NCBI GenBank assembly: GCA_041664345.1 | Contig: JBAYKX010000019.1 | Location: forward strand, 13,033 to 77,032 | Direction: 5' to 3' | Origin: Salinivirgaceae bacterium | GTDB taxonomy: Bacteria > Bacteroidota > Bacteroidia > Bacteroidales > SZUA-534 | Length of the DNA stretch: 64,000 nt | Shown: piece after piece, positions 17,730 through 28,086 of the stretch | Layout: each line of letters starts with the position of its first letter | Position numbering within the stretch: the first letter of the stretch is position 1 | The notes under the pieces: generated by a model | What the model was told of the DNA's origin: nothing | Database searches by the model: none | The model's input: the letters and a program-made list of their open reading frames with translations, nothing else | Position numbers and translations under genes: made by a program

Positions 17730-19037
17730 ATGTTTATTGTAATGAACTATCAAGAGGCCTTGGATTTTTTATTTTCGCAACTTCCCATGTACCAACGTGA
17801 TGGTAAAGTAGCTTATAAAGCTAACTTAAACAATACGTTGGCTTTAGATGCTTATTTTAATGAACCTCATAAAAAATTTAAAACCATTCATGTAGCAGGT
17901 ACGAATGGTAAAGGATCGGTTTCACATATTTTAGCTTCGGTGTTGCAAGAGGCTGGTTTAAAAACTGGGCTTTACACCTCGCCCCACTTAATTGATTTTA
18001 GGGAGCGAATTAAGATTAACGGACAACTAATTCCAGAGCATGAAGTGGTTGAGTTTGTAAGCGCACATCAGCAAATTATTTTGGATTTAAAACCTTCCTT
18101 TTTTGAATTGACGGTGGCAATGGCTTTTGATTATTTTGCCAGACAAAAGGTTGATGTGGCTGTAATTGAAGTAGGTATGGGTGGACGTCTTGATTCAACG
18201 AACATTATAACTCCATTAGTTTCTATAATAACGAACATTGGGTTAGATCATACGCAGTTTTTAGGGGAAACCTTGCCCTTAATTGCTACTGAAAAAGCGG
18301 GTATTATTAAGCGTGGAATACCAGTTATTATTGGGGAACAACACCCGGAAACAAGACCAGTTTTTGAAGCAATAGCTAAAGAAAATGAAGCACCCATTTG
18401 TTTTGCGGAAAAGCGGTTTACCCTTTTAAGGAGCAGTATCAAAGATGGCTTTCAACACGTTTCCGTTAAAAATGAACAAAGTGGAACCACTCTTGAAGCG
18501 GAACTTGATTTGTTAGGTATTTATCAAAAGAAAAATATTTTAACAGTAATGGCTGCTATGCAGCTTATAATTCCATCTTTTGGAATTCCCAAAAGTGCCG
18601 TAGTATCGGGTCTTTCAAAGGTAATTATCAATACCGGACTTCAAGGTCGGTGGCAACAAGTAAGCGAAAAGCCCCGTGTAATTTGCGATACCGGTCATAA
18701 TTTAGAAGGCATTACTTTGGTTTTGGAACAACTTAAAAAGGAATCTTTTGAAAAGCTTCATTTTATTTTTGGGATGGTAAATGATAAAGACCCGGAAAAA
18801 ATATTGAGAATTTTACCAAAAAATGACATTTATTATTTTACGCGTGCATCTATTCCCCGAGCTTTAAACGAACAGGAATTATTTGAAAAGGCTACTCAAA
18901 AGGGGTTATTCGGAGCCAGTTATCACAACGTTCAGGATGCCTACCATGCAGCAATTGAAAAGGCTACTGCTAACGATTTAATATTTGTTGGAGGAAGTAC
19001 TTTTGTAGTGGCTGATTTATTAAAACTTTTGTTGTGA
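17730..19037 (+). CDS. folC: Folylpolyglutamate synthase / dihydrofolate synthase
   Basis: It has the Mur-ligase-type P-loop HVAGTNGKGS and the FolC layout. A TACATTTG box at 17717..17724 favours the ATG at 17742 as the start. Confidence 0.9.
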   Translation: MFIVMNYQEALDFLFSQLPMYQRDGKVAYKANLNNTLALDAYFNEPHKKFKTIHVAGTNGKGSVSHILASVLQEAGLKTGLYTSPHLIDFRERIKINGQLIPEHEVVEFVSAHQQIILDLKPSFFELTVAMAFDYFARQKVDVAVIEVGMGGRLDSTNIITPLVSIITNIGLDHTQFLGETLPLIATEKAGIIKRGIPVIIGEQHPETRPVFEAIAKENEAPICFAEKRFTLLRSSIKDGFQHVSVKNEQSGTTLEAELDLLGIYQKKNILTVMAAMQLIIPSFGIPKSAVVSGLSKVIINTGLQGRWQQVSEKPRVICDTGHNLEGITLVLEQLKKESFEKLHFIFGMVNDKDPEKILRILPKNDIYYFTRASIPRALNEQELFEKATQKGLFGASYHNVQDAYHAAIEKATANDLIFVGGSTFVVADLLKLLL

Positions 19038-19056
19038 ACAGATAACCCAAAAAAAA

Positions 19057-19078
19057 AGGCCGCACCAAGGTGCAGCCT
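19057..19078. terminator. Hairpin between convergent genes
   Basis: The stem is aggccgcacc aa ggtgcagcct with one mismatch, preceded by an A9 run. Confidence 0.55.
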
Positions 19079-19098
19079 AATACTAAAACACTTTATAA

Positions 19099-19701
19099 TT
19101 ACCTAACTACCGATAATTTTTTTGTTACCTGCTGATTCCCTTTTTGGATGGAAACCAAATACGTTCCTTTACTCAATTGGTTTAAATTTACTGTGTACTC
19201 AGGACTGTTCGATATAGAACGGAATACTTCCTTACCAATAATGTTGTAAATGGTTACAGTGGCATTTTCAGCATTTTCAATAGTTACCTTTTCAGATGCT
19301 GGATTTGGGTAAATTGAAACAGCTAATTCCGATTCAATAGACACACCGCTTTGGATGTGAACTGTTGCCACCCAATTTTGAGAAGTTACACCATCGGCAG
19401 CAGTAACCTTATAAGTAACCGATCCGGCACTGAAATCCACAACCGTGCCACTAACTTGAGCTAAATCATTAATACTTGCTGTAGCGCCTTCAGAAAGTGA
19501 GAAGGATGGCGCTAGTTCAGCTAAATTGGTTCCTTGAGGAACTAAAACATCAATAACTCCATCGCCTATAGTTGAAGATACTTGATTAGGAACTTCATAG
19601 GTTATAAATGAAGTTAGTGTTGATTCTGTTTTTGCATCATTTTGGGCAAAACCAGTCAAAGCCATCATAAAAATGGCAGCAATAGTAAAAGTAATTCTCA
19701 T
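19099..19701 (-). CDS. Secreted protein with T9SS C-terminal sorting domain
   Basis: It has a signal peptide. The C-terminus IYPNPASEKVTIEN...GTYLVSIQKGNQQVTKKLSVVR is a typical CTD. Confidence 0.75.
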   Translation of the reverse strand: MRITFTIAAIFMMALTGFAQNDAKTESTLTSFITYEVPNQVSSTIGDGVIDVLVPQGTNLAELAPSFSLSEGATASINDLAQVSGTVVDFSAGSVTYKVTAADGVTSQNWVATVHIQSGVSIESELAVSIYPNPASEKVTIENAENATVTIYNIIGKEVFRSISNSPEYTVNLNQLSKGTYLVSIQKGNQQVTKKLSVVR

Positions 19702-20127
19702 AAATAAAATTTAAATAAATAAATAAAATATATTGATTTGATTCCTTTTGATTTGTGAACAGTAGGAATCGTTGCAAAAATAGGCTTATATTCTTGTCCT
19801 AAAGAATAAAAACATATTTTCTTGATTATTTTTAATTTAATGAACAATAATAATATTTTTAAATAGCTAATAATGAGCTAATTAAATTTACATAATCGTT
19901 TGCAGTTATGCAATCAATTAAGGTTTGAATTAACTAACGGTTTTAAATATAATATTTGATATTCAGTTTGAATTTTTTGAGTCAACTTATTGAAAAATAG
20001 ATAAAAATAGTTACTATTGATTGCTCAGGTTTTTATTAGAACTGAATCTAATTCGGATATTTATATCTGATTTAAACTAAATAGCATTCCCGTTGTTGAT
20101 CATGTCATATTCTTTTATATTAATATT

Positions 20128-21243
20128 ATGAGTTGTACCAACTGTTCTGCAAAAGAACTTCTAAATAAATCAAATTCAGTAACAGAGCTATCAGGCGATG
20201 CCTGTGGAAAGCTCGACAGCTATGATTGGCTGAGCGATTTACCGGGAAGCCCTGGTGATGATTTAGTGGTAGAAGTGCGTTTTAAAAATACCCGTAAAGA
20301 GTTTTTTCTGAATAAAAACCATTTTCAGCTCAAACGGGGTGATTATATTGCGGTCTCATCAACACAAGGACACGATGTGGGCCAAGTTACCCTGACCGGT
20401 AAAATGGCATTGCTTCAGATGAACCGGAAAAACCCAAAGGCAGCTCCTGAAAAAGTAATTTACCGTAAGGCAACAGTAGCTGATATTGAAAACTGGAATA
20501 AATTTAAGCTGCGTGAAAAGCCCGTTATGATTCAAGCCCGGCAATTGGTTGAAAAAATGGGGCTCGATATGAAAATCAGCGATGTAGAGTTTCAGGCTGA
20601 TGGCACCAAAGCTACATTTTATTACATTGCCAATGGAAGGGTTGATTTCAGGGAGTTGATTAAGCAATACGCCAAGGAGTTTAATATAAAAATTGATATG
20701 CGCCAAATTGGAGCCCGTCAGGAAGCTGCCATGGTAGGAGGAATTGGATCGTGTGGTAATGAATTGTGTTGTTCCTCATGGCGTTCAAATCTAGAATCAG
20801 TTTCGTCAAATGCGGCTAAAATTCAGGAACTTCCGCAAAATATTCAAAAGCTTACCGGACAGTGTGGAAAGCTAAAATGCTGCCTGATGTATGAATTGGA
20901 TTCTTACATTGAAGCTCAAAAAGATTTTCCCGACATATTATTGGAACTGGAAACCGAAATGGGCATTGCTTACCCAAAGAAAAAGGAAGTTCTTAAAAAG
21001 GTTATCTGGTATGGCATGTCGGCAACAAGCAATACTAAAATATTTCCTCTTACGCTAGATAAGGTAAAAGAGGTAATCATGCTAAATAAAAAAGGAATTA
21101 AACCAGCGGTCTTATCAGAAGAACAAGGAATCTCGGAAGTAGAACCTCAATATGTGTCGTTTGAAAATGATTTGAATATGATGGAACTGTCCAAACAAAA
21201 GAGTAAAAAGAAATGGAATAAACCCGTGCGCCCTGTTAATTGA
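20128..21243 (+). CDS. PSP1 domain protein (RicT/YaaT-like)
   Basis: It has a PSP1 C-terminal-domain pattern with the Cys cluster GSCGNELCCSSW...CGKLKCCLMYE. Confidence 0.8.
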   Translation: MSCTNCSAKELLNKSNSVTELSGDACGKLDSYDWLSDLPGSPGDDLVVEVRFKNTRKEFFLNKNHFQLKRGDYIAVSSTQGHDVGQVTLTGKMALLQMNRKNPKAAPEKVIYRKATVADIENWNKFKLREKPVMIQARQLVEKMGLDMKISDVEFQADGTKATFYYIANGRVDFRELIKQYAKEFNIKIDMRQIGARQEAAMVGGIGSCGNELCCSSWRSNLESVSSNAAKIQELPQNIQKLTGQCGKLKCCLMYELDSYIEAQKDFPDILLELETEMGIAYPKKKEVLKKVIWYGMSATSNTKIFPLTLDKVKEVIMLNKKGIKPAVLSEEQGISEVEPQYVSFENDLNMMELSKQKSKKKWNKPVRPVN

Positions 21244-21325
21244 AAAATGAGACTATCCAATAAGTTGGATTTATTAATAACAAAGTCATTGGATGAATTT
21301 CTAATTAGTTGATTTATTATATTTT

Positions 21326-22630
21326 ATCACTACTGTCTCGTTAAATGAGGCTGAGTGACAATTGTTTATGATTTGGTTCTTTGACATATTTGTAATCATT
21401 ATTTGCAAGTAATTCTTTTACAGGTGTTTTGTCCAGTAACGAGATACCTAAAATTTGTAAGATTTCGTAAATAGACCGGTTAATTTTTAATTCTTTACTT
21501 ATTATTGCTACCAAGCAATAGGTGATAATTGCGCAGTAGAGTTGGGTTTTGACTGCATTGGGAGTATGTCCCCAAAAGCTTTTGACTTTCAAATGCTGTT
21601 TGATCCATTTGAAAAACAGTTCAACTTGCCACCTGTTTTTATAAAGGATGGCTATTTCTAAAGCTGACAGTTCGAGGTTATTGGTCAGGAATACAAACTC
21701 AACTCCTGTTTCACTATCGTAATACTTGATCCGACGCAGTTTTTCGGGATAGCGGTTGAACGACTTCTGATTCGCAAATGTGCCTGTTTGGTCGCATTTT
21801 ACACCGGTCGATTTATCAACCGGATGGGAGTACATCCTATTAAATTTAAGATTATCCTTTGCCCTGAGGACAAAATAAGCTTCAAGATTTTGGATTCGAT
21901 AGAGCCGTTCAAAGTCATTATACCCGCGATCAAACACATAGTAGCTGCCCTTTTCATAAGGGATATTGTCCATTGCATTGACATCGTTGACCGAAGCCTC
22001 GGTAATGTAAATAAAACTTGGAATCTGGGTCTTAACATCGTAAAGGGTGTGCATTTTCACGCCCCCTTTCGTTTTGCGGAACTCAGCCCACCAGAAAACG
22101 CTCAGACAAAGATCGATCGTTGTGGAATCGAAAGCATAAACATTACCGTCTACCTTTACCTCAAAATCACTACAGGCGCAAACCTTGCGGGCATGGTCAA
22201 TCAAATGGTATGCAAATTCCTCATACAGCTTGCAATTCCTTCGGATATTTGCCCTTGCAAGTGTTGCCAGCTTTACACTTGAACCAAGCCCTAAATGATA
22301 TGACTTGTTTTTATGTGCATCAAGGGCAACAATCAAGTCGCGAAGGCTGTCCCTGTTAGTAAGTTGGCCAAAAACCATACAAAGCATCTGGTTCCAGCAG
22401 GAGAAAGTCCTGATGTGCTTGTTACCATTATATTTTATTACTAGGCGGTCAAACACCCTACATGGAAGGAACTCGGTGATCTGTGCAAATACATATTTCC
22501 CTTGGTTCATCTTTTTAAAATTTTAACCAAAAGAAGTAATTGAAATCGTCACGCTATGAAAAGCACTGCAAATAAATGATTATCAAATCTTTCAAAGAAC
22601 GTTTCAATATTTTAACGAGACACTAGTGAT
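21326..22630 (-). mobile_element. IS4-like insertion sequence (1305 bp)
   Basis: The terminal inverted repeats are ATCACTACTGTCTCGTTAAA (21326..21345) and TTTAACGAGACACTAGTGAT (22611..22630), matching 19/20. They are flanked by the direct repeat ATTTT (21321..21325 and 22631..22635). The element has a single transposase ORF. Confidence 0.85.
21341..22510 (-). CDS. DDE transposase, IS4-like with DUF4372-type N-terminus
   Basis: 389 aa. It has the N-terminal MNQGKYVFAQI...FSCWNQ pattern and a DDE_Tnp_1-like core (YAFDSTTIDL, VFDRGYND, YKNRWQVELFFKWIKQ). Confidence 0.85.
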   Translation of the reverse strand: MNQGKYVFAQITEFLPCRVFDRLVIKYNGNKHIRTFSCWNQMLCMVFGQLTNRDSLRDLIVALDAHKNKSYHLGLGSSVKLATLARANIRRNCKLYEEFAYHLIDHARKVCACSDFEVKVDGNVYAFDSTTIDLCLSVFWWAEFRKTKGGVKMHTLYDVKTQIPSFIYITEASVNDVNAMDNIPYEKGSYYVFDRGYNDFERLYRIQNLEAYFVLRAKDNLKFNRMYSHPVDKSTGVKCDQTGTFANQKSFNRYPEKLRRIKYYDSETGVEFVFLTNNLELSALEIAILYKNRWQVELFFKWIKQHLKVKSFWGHTPNAVKTQLYCAIITYCLVAIISKELKINRSIYEILQILGISLLDKTPVKELLANNDYKYVKEPNHKQLSLSLI

Positions 22631-22696
22631 ATTTTATAATTACTCTTTTTGTTAAAAGTTTTCATCCGATGACTTTTTAGACACCTTCTTTCATTT

Positions 22697-22942
22697 TTAC
22701 TTTTTGGGAGGGCAAGTGCTTGTTCCAAATAGGGCATAAATAGGGCAAATACTTACCAAGCTGGTTATAACAAATATCAATGCTACAATCATTAAAATAA
22801 TTCCTAAAACTCCAGTAACCATTCCTTGGAAGTATGCAATTACCATAAGTAAAGCAACCAATAGCCTTACAATTCTATCAACTCCACCTATATTTTTTTT
22901 CATAGCTGTTTGTTTAAATTTTTGTATATAACAATTGAACAT
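22697..22942 (-). CDS. DUF2892 (YgaP-like) small membrane protein
   Basis: It has MKKNIGGVDRIVRLLVA followed by two TM helices and a C-terminal CP...C. The likely start is at about 22903. Confidence 0.7.
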   Translation of the reverse strand: MFNCYIQKFKQTAMKKNIGGVDRIVRLLVALLMVIAYFQGMVTGVLGIILMIVALIFVITSLVSICPIYALFGTSTCPPKK

Positions 22943-23103
22943 AAATTATGTTTTGTGGTTGAAAAAAAGATTCATTATCGGAGTTGATATTTTAGCTTAT
23001 AGTTTAAACAATTCTGAACAACTTCATGGAATGTGTGTTCTTTTAAGAATTTCCCAGACGATTTAATTTATGTAAAAATGGGAAACTTTAAAAATCAAGA
23101 ATC

Positions 23104-23454
23104 ATGGAATCGATTAGCCGAAAAGACTTTTTCCGAAAAATGGGTTTAGTAGCTGGAACTGCTATAGTAATGCCTCTTAATAGCGTTTTTGCCAGTTTTA
23201 ATAACGATGTTGAATTATCTGACGAAAAGAAGCAATTCTTATCCGAATATCAGCAATGGTTGTTGGATTTTCATCAGTTTGTGGAAAAAAGGAACCGAAA
23301 TCCTTTGGATATTGAAAACAATAAACATTTGATGGAACTTTCAGCTCAAGCTGATAAGCGTAAACCAACTTTGGAAAAAAACATGAAAGATTCCCGGTTT
23401 GCTGACTATTTTAACAAAATAACCAATGAAATTACTGAATCCATTGAGGGTTAA
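23104..23454 (+). CDS. Hypothetical exported protein
   Basis: It has a signal-like N-terminus (SRKDFFRKMGLVAGTAIVMPLNSVFA). I recognise no family. Confidence 0.45.
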   Translation: MESISRKDFFRKMGLVAGTAIVMPLNSVFASFNNDVELSDEKKQFLSEYQQWLLDFHQFVEKRNRNPLDIENNKHLMELSAQADKRKPTLEKNMKDSRFADYFNKITNEITESIEG

Positions 23455-23483
23455 CTCTTTTTGAATGGCAAATATGTTCCTAA

Positions 23484-24248
23484 TTAGAATTCTATACAAC
23501 CTCTAAAAGCAAAGGTGTTGCTGGTTTTATTGAACCCTTCAAAGTTAAATGTTTTATTATCCAGCGAACTTCGGGTAATTTGAATGGTTTCCGATGGCAT
23601 GGTTTCTTTTAAGAAATTTATGGATAACTTTTTAGGATAATTGTTTTCATTGAATTCAATGGAAAAGGTATCCATCATCCAGTCGATATAGCGGGTTGAG
23701 GTTACATGTTTGTTTAAGTCGATATCAAAATAACCTGTTTTAACTTCAAATGTTTTGCCTTCTTTTACTGGCAAAAGCTTTTCAGGAGTTTGGTTCAGTC
23801 CATGTTTTTCCCTTAATTGATTGAATAAAGCAGCATGAATTCCTTCAATGGTTTTGGGTCTTTTGGTATCCACATCAATGGCTAGCCAACCTGAAGTGGC
23901 TTTGGCAATTATCTGATTTTCTTGGTCGCGGACCACATAATCTCTCAAATACAATATTTTATCCAAATCTTTGGGCCAGGTTTCTACCTCACCGGTTTGA
24001 TACCAGTTAAGTGGCTTGTAAATTTCTACTGTTAAGCGGCTTAGTACCCAAAATAGTTTTCGGTTGCGTAATTCTTCAAAACTAAATCCCAAACTATCGG
24101 CAGAACTAATGGCACCCTGAATCAAAAAATTGATTAACGAACCCAGCCTTAATCGGGCTTGCATGTCAGTATCGGCGGATGTAACTTTATATGGAAGAAA
24201 GAAGGTCAATTCTTTTCCTGCAAATGGATTAGTGTGGTTTAGATTCAT
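23484..24248 (-). CDS. Acyl-ACP thioesterase
   Basis: 254 aa with a double hot-dog layout and the DIDLNKHVTSTRYIDW motif. Confidence 0.75.
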   Translation of the reverse strand: MNLNHTNPFAGKELTFFLPYKVTSADTDMQARLRLGSLINFLIQGAISSADSLGFSFEELRNRKLFWVLSRLTVEIYKPLNWYQTGEVETWPKDLDKILYLRDYVVRDQENQIIAKATSGWLAIDVDTKRPKTIEGIHAALFNQLREKHGLNQTPEKLLPVKEGKTFEVKTGYFDIDLNKHVTSTRYIDWMMDTFSIEFNENNYPKKLSINFLKETMPSETIQITRSSLDNKTFNFEGFNKTSNTFAFRGCIEF

Positions 24249-24272
24249 TTGGGGTAGGAGTAAATTCTAACA

Positions 24273-25586
24273 TTAGTTTATGTAATTTTTGATGGTTTGT
24301 AAGATACTTTTTTTACAAACAGGGCAAAAATTGTTTGGTGCATTTGATTTCATGCGGCAATCTTGAAACGGGCTATAAATTCCTTTCGATGAATAGCCAC
24401 CACCCTCATAAACACCAATTGAATCTTTCAATTCTTTATTTCTCTCAGTAGGCACATTTACTCCTTGCGGAACCATATCTTTCCATTTGGTTTCAAAAGC
24501 TACCAACGTAGTAATATTCGGTTCCCATGGCTCAGTTTTCAGATTATAAAAACCATTGTATGCCACGCTTGATCTGTAATATTCGTCGGCTAAACCGGCA
24601 AAGCCATGGCCAAATTCATGTAAGGCAACTTTTAACGATAACTCATGATCAACCGTGGAACCTGAATAATAGTTATAAAATCCACCACCACCATATTCTG
24701 CTGAATTGATTAAAACAAATAATTGATCGTAAGGAACTACTGCAGCATTATCGTGTAACGATTTAATATCTCTGGTGGTTAGGTAGCGGGGAGTATCAAA
24801 CGTATAAAACATGGAGTTGAGCACGGTATTTTTGTATAAATGCTTACCTGGGATATCGGTTCCCGATTCAGTAGAAATGCTTTCCACTGCATAAACGTTA
24901 AATTCATTTCGGTATTCATCAAAGGGTGGAATAGAGCTAATGTAGTCCCAAACCCGCTTTACATCTTTTCTGAATTTTTTCATCTCCTCTTTTGTATAAC
25001 CTTCGGCAACAAAAGCAATATCAATTTTATGATTGCAGGCATCGCCTCCTTGTATGACGGTAAACTTTGTTGGCAGCGGTTTTTCATTGACTATGAAGTA
25101 ATTAGTTGGATTGATGAACAACTCCTGAATTGGATGGAATTGTCCGTCGGAAAAAGCTCTTTTTTCTAATACATATCGAACCGTATTTTTTGGAAAAGGC
25201 ATCAAATTAACGTGATAGTAACTTTGCTTGGTTGATTTTGCCTCAGCAGTAGTTTGCCATTCATTGAACAGGGAGCAAAAACCTTGTTTATAAAGTAATA
25301 AATTTGAAACGGAATCGTATATTAAAAACCGATACGAACCCATATCTACACTGGTATGTGTAGCCAATTTTTGTGATCCAGCCCAGATGGATTGCTTTTT
25401 CAATTCCTTTAAGATAAACTCCTCTGAGGTGTCGTTTCCATTTAAATTAAAATCGATGCGTAAGGTTTGGTTTTCAAAATAGTTATTAAAATCTTCATTC
25501 AGGTCATTTGAATGTTTAAATGAGCTAATACCAAGAACCATTGTAAACAGCATTGCTGTAATTAAGATTTTTTTCATAGAATTCAT
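24273..25586 (-). CDS. M64-family (IgA-peptidase-like) zinc metallopeptidase
   Basis: It has a signal peptide and the HEFGHGFAGLADEY zinc site characteristic of M64. Confidence 0.8.
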   Translation of the reverse strand: MNSMKKILITAMLFTMVLGISSFKHSNDLNEDFNNYFENQTLRIDFNLNGNDTSEEFILKELKKQSIWAGSQKLATHTSVDMGSYRFLIYDSVSNLLLYKQGFCSLFNEWQTTAEAKSTKQSYYHVNLMPFPKNTVRYVLEKRAFSDGQFHPIQELFINPTNYFIVNEKPLPTKFTVIQGGDACNHKIDIAFVAEGYTKEEMKKFRKDVKRVWDYISSIPPFDEYRNEFNVYAVESISTESGTDIPGKHLYKNTVLNSMFYTFDTPRYLTTRDIKSLHDNAAVVPYDQLFVLINSAEYGGGGFYNYYSGSTVDHELSLKVALHEFGHGFAGLADEYYRSSVAYNGFYNLKTEPWEPNITTLVAFETKWKDMVPQGVNVPTERNKELKDSIGVYEGGGYSSKGIYSPFQDCRMKSNAPNNFCPVCKKSILQTIKNYIN

Positions 25587-25614
25587 AAAAAGGGTACTAA
25601 ACTAAAATATATTT

Positions 25615-27384
25615 TTATAAAAGGTTCGTATTTTTTATCAACCAATCAGTCACTTCTACTGGGAGATTCTCAGTGAGCAGTTCACGTACTTTTAAATGGT
25701 AGTTGTTTATCCATTCAATTTCTTGCTCAGTCAGCATGTTTTTGTCAATCAGTTTTCGGTCGATCGGACAGTACGAAATGGTCTCAAAACAGAGAAAACT
25801 ACCATCGGATCCAAAATCAGCAGGTTGGCAAACCATCACATTTTCAATCCTGATTCCGTACTTATGTTCATGATAAACTCCCGGTTCATTGGTTACCAAC
25901 ATTCCAGCTTCAAAGGGCACCATGGATGCACCGGCCGTTGCTTGCGAAAAACCATGTGGCCCTTCGTGCACTCCTAAAAAGTACCCAATTCCATGTCCGG
26001 TTCCATGCCCATAGTCTTTACCATGTTGCCATAAATCAAGCCTAGCAAGTGAATCTAAATGAATACCTTTGGTACCGGCTGGAAAACATGCATTTGCCAA
26101 ACGAATGTGACCTTTTAGAACCAACGTGAAATCAATAATTTGCTCTTGAGTAACCACTCCTAAAGCTACAGTTCGCGTAATGTCGGTGGTTCCACCCAAA
26201 TATTGTGCTCCACTATCAATAAGGTACATACCTTTGGGTTCCAGCACCGATTGATGATTTTCAGTTGGAGAATAATGGGGCAATGCGGCATTCTGTTGGT
26301 AAGCTGAAATGGGTTCAAAACTTAAATCGACATAATTGGGTTGCTGCTGCCTATAGAATGCTGATTTTGCAGCAGCTTCCAGTTCGGTCACGTTTCTTTT
26401 TTGAACCTCTATTTCCAGCCAATGAAGAAAATTACACATGGCAACCCCATCGTATTTTTGCGCTTCTTTGTAAAGGGCAATTTCTTTTGGTGTTTTAATT
26501 GCCTTGAACTTTATAATGATACTCGGCTCCGATACGATTTTGCATTGGGATGGAAAGGAACTGAATAATTGAAAGTTAAGGGTATTCTTATCAAGCAAAA
26601 TAGTTGATGTGGATGGAAGGTTCTGCAAAAACCTCACGATCTCTGTATAAGGCAATATTTTGATGTTGCTTCTTCCCAATTCAATCGTTACATTCTCCGG
26701 TACTTGTTTTTCATTTATAAAAAGAATGGTTTCCAATTCATTTACCAAACAATAGCTTGTAACAAACGGATTATAAGCCACATCATTTCCCCTGATATTT
26801 AAAAGCCAAGCAATTTCATCTAAAACCGTGACCAGATAATGCGATACCTTTTTTTCTTTAAGATAACCACGTACTTGTGCTATCTTTTCAATAGTTTCAA
26901 TTCCTGCAAATTCAGACGGGTGGGTATAAACTGGATTGCAAACCAATTGAGGTCGGTTGTGCCACATTTCACGAAACAGATCGCCTACCGACAAATAGGT
27001 GATTTGTTTTATCGTGAGTGTACGATTTAAAATTTCTACTTCAGTTGTTGAAAAAAGCCTTTCATCAATACCAACACAATCGCCAACTGCCAGATGGTCT
27101 AATAGCCAATCGATATATTCAGGGGCTCTGGTTTTCATTTTATGGAGCACAAAAGGGGACTTGAGTTGTTTTTCAGCCTGTATAAAATACCGGGAGTCAG
27201 TCCAAACACCAGCATGACTAGCTGTTACAACGGCAGTTCCGGCTGAACCGCTAAACCCGGTAAGCCATTCACGGGTTTTCCAATATTCTGAAGTATATTC
27301 ACTTTTATGAGGGTCAGATGTTGGGATTATATAAGCTGCAATCTTTTCCTGCTTTAACTTAATTCGCAATTTTTCAACTACCAT
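25615..27384 (-). CDS. Xaa-Pro aminopeptidase (M24B, aminopeptidase P family)
   Basis: 589 aa. It has a creatinase/prolidase-like N-terminus and a pita-bread core with DSGAQY, HGTGHGIG, NEPG and IEN metal-ligand motifs. Confidence 0.85.
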   Translation of the reverse strand: MVVEKLRIKLKQEKIAAYIIPTSDPHKSEYTSEYWKTREWLTGFSGSAGTAVVTASHAGVWTDSRYFIQAEKQLKSPFVLHKMKTRAPEYIDWLLDHLAVGDCVGIDERLFSTTEVEILNRTLTIKQITYLSVGDLFREMWHNRPQLVCNPVYTHPSEFAGIETIEKIAQVRGYLKEKKVSHYLVTVLDEIAWLLNIRGNDVAYNPFVTSYCLVNELETILFINEKQVPENVTIELGRSNIKILPYTEIVRFLQNLPSTSTILLDKNTLNFQLFSSFPSQCKIVSEPSIIIKFKAIKTPKEIALYKEAQKYDGVAMCNFLHWLEIEVQKRNVTELEAAAKSAFYRQQQPNYVDLSFEPISAYQQNAALPHYSPTENHQSVLEPKGMYLIDSGAQYLGGTTDITRTVALGVVTQEQIIDFTLVLKGHIRLANACFPAGTKGIHLDSLARLDLWQHGKDYGHGTGHGIGYFLGVHEGPHGFSQATAGASMVPFEAGMLVTNEPGVYHEHKYGIRIENVMVCQPADFGSDGSFLCFETISYCPIDRKLIDKNMLTEQEIEWINNYHLKVRELLTENLPVEVTDWLIKNTNLL

Positions 27385-27421
27385 TTTTTTTGTTCTAAAT
27401 TAGTACGGTTAAATTAAATAG

Positions 27422-27454
27422 AAAATGCATCCGCTCAAAGAATGGATGCATTTT
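27422..27454. terminator. Hairpin terminator
   Basis: An 11-bp stem, aaaatgcatcc/ggatgcatttt, lies downstream of the DUF1987 gene. Confidence 0.65.
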
Positions 27455-27488
27455 AATAAAATATTTTAACGAGGAATTCTAAAATTAA

Positions 27489-27875
27489 TTAATTCACAGT
27501 TTCGTCCGGTATCAGATTAAAAGGTATGCTTACTCTTTCTGAATAAATCTCGCCAGCTTCCAACATATCTTCATCATCCTCACGGAATCTCCAATTAATA
27601 GTAACCCGATGTCCACTTTTCTTTATTATTTCCAGTTTTTTCATAATATCGAGAATGATTTTTGAACTGGAAGTATTGAAATATACCATCATGAAATTTA
27701 CTATTGTCTCGGGATTCGGATCTGTAGAGTAGTTTTCAAGCCATTGCAGTACCGGATTATAAAAAATTATAGGATTCTCAGGTAATGATTTTCCCTTGAA
27801 TAAAAAGGTGTTTGTTTTTTTATCCAGAATTATTTCGGGAGTCTCGTTGCCACTTTCAATAACCAATGGATTCAT
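27489..27875 (-). CDS. DUF1987 (SiaC-like) protein
   Basis: 128 aa. The pattern ETPEIILD...FKGKSLPENPIIFYNPVLQWL matches the DUF1987 fold family. Confidence 0.6.
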   Translation of the reverse strand: MNPLVIESGNETPEIILDKKTNTFLFKGKSLPENPIIFYNPVLQWLENYSTDPNPETIVNFMMVYFNTSSSKIILDIMKKLEIIKKSGHRVTINWRFREDDEDMLEAGEIYSERVSIPFNLIPDETVN

Positions 27876-28086
27876 ATAGATTTAGTTTTTACCAAAAATA
27901 CGACCATTTCCTCAATAGAAGCAAATATATTTTACAGAAAATGAAAAGAAAAATTACTGTTACCAACACGTTTATTTACTGTCCTAAAGTAGGTTTTTAA
28001 TTGATATATTTGATTAAATGATAGTTAACCTAATTATTAAACACCTATGAACCCTAGTATTTGCTAAGTAATTTTCAAAATAACTA

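Noticed and set aside
19702-20127. A 425-nt AT-rich intergenic region considered as a replication origin or invertible promoter.
   Set aside because: No DnaA-box-like (TTATCCACA) clusters were found. There are no flanking inverted repeats of inverton size and no nearby recombinase gene. It is most likely just a long promoter/leader region.
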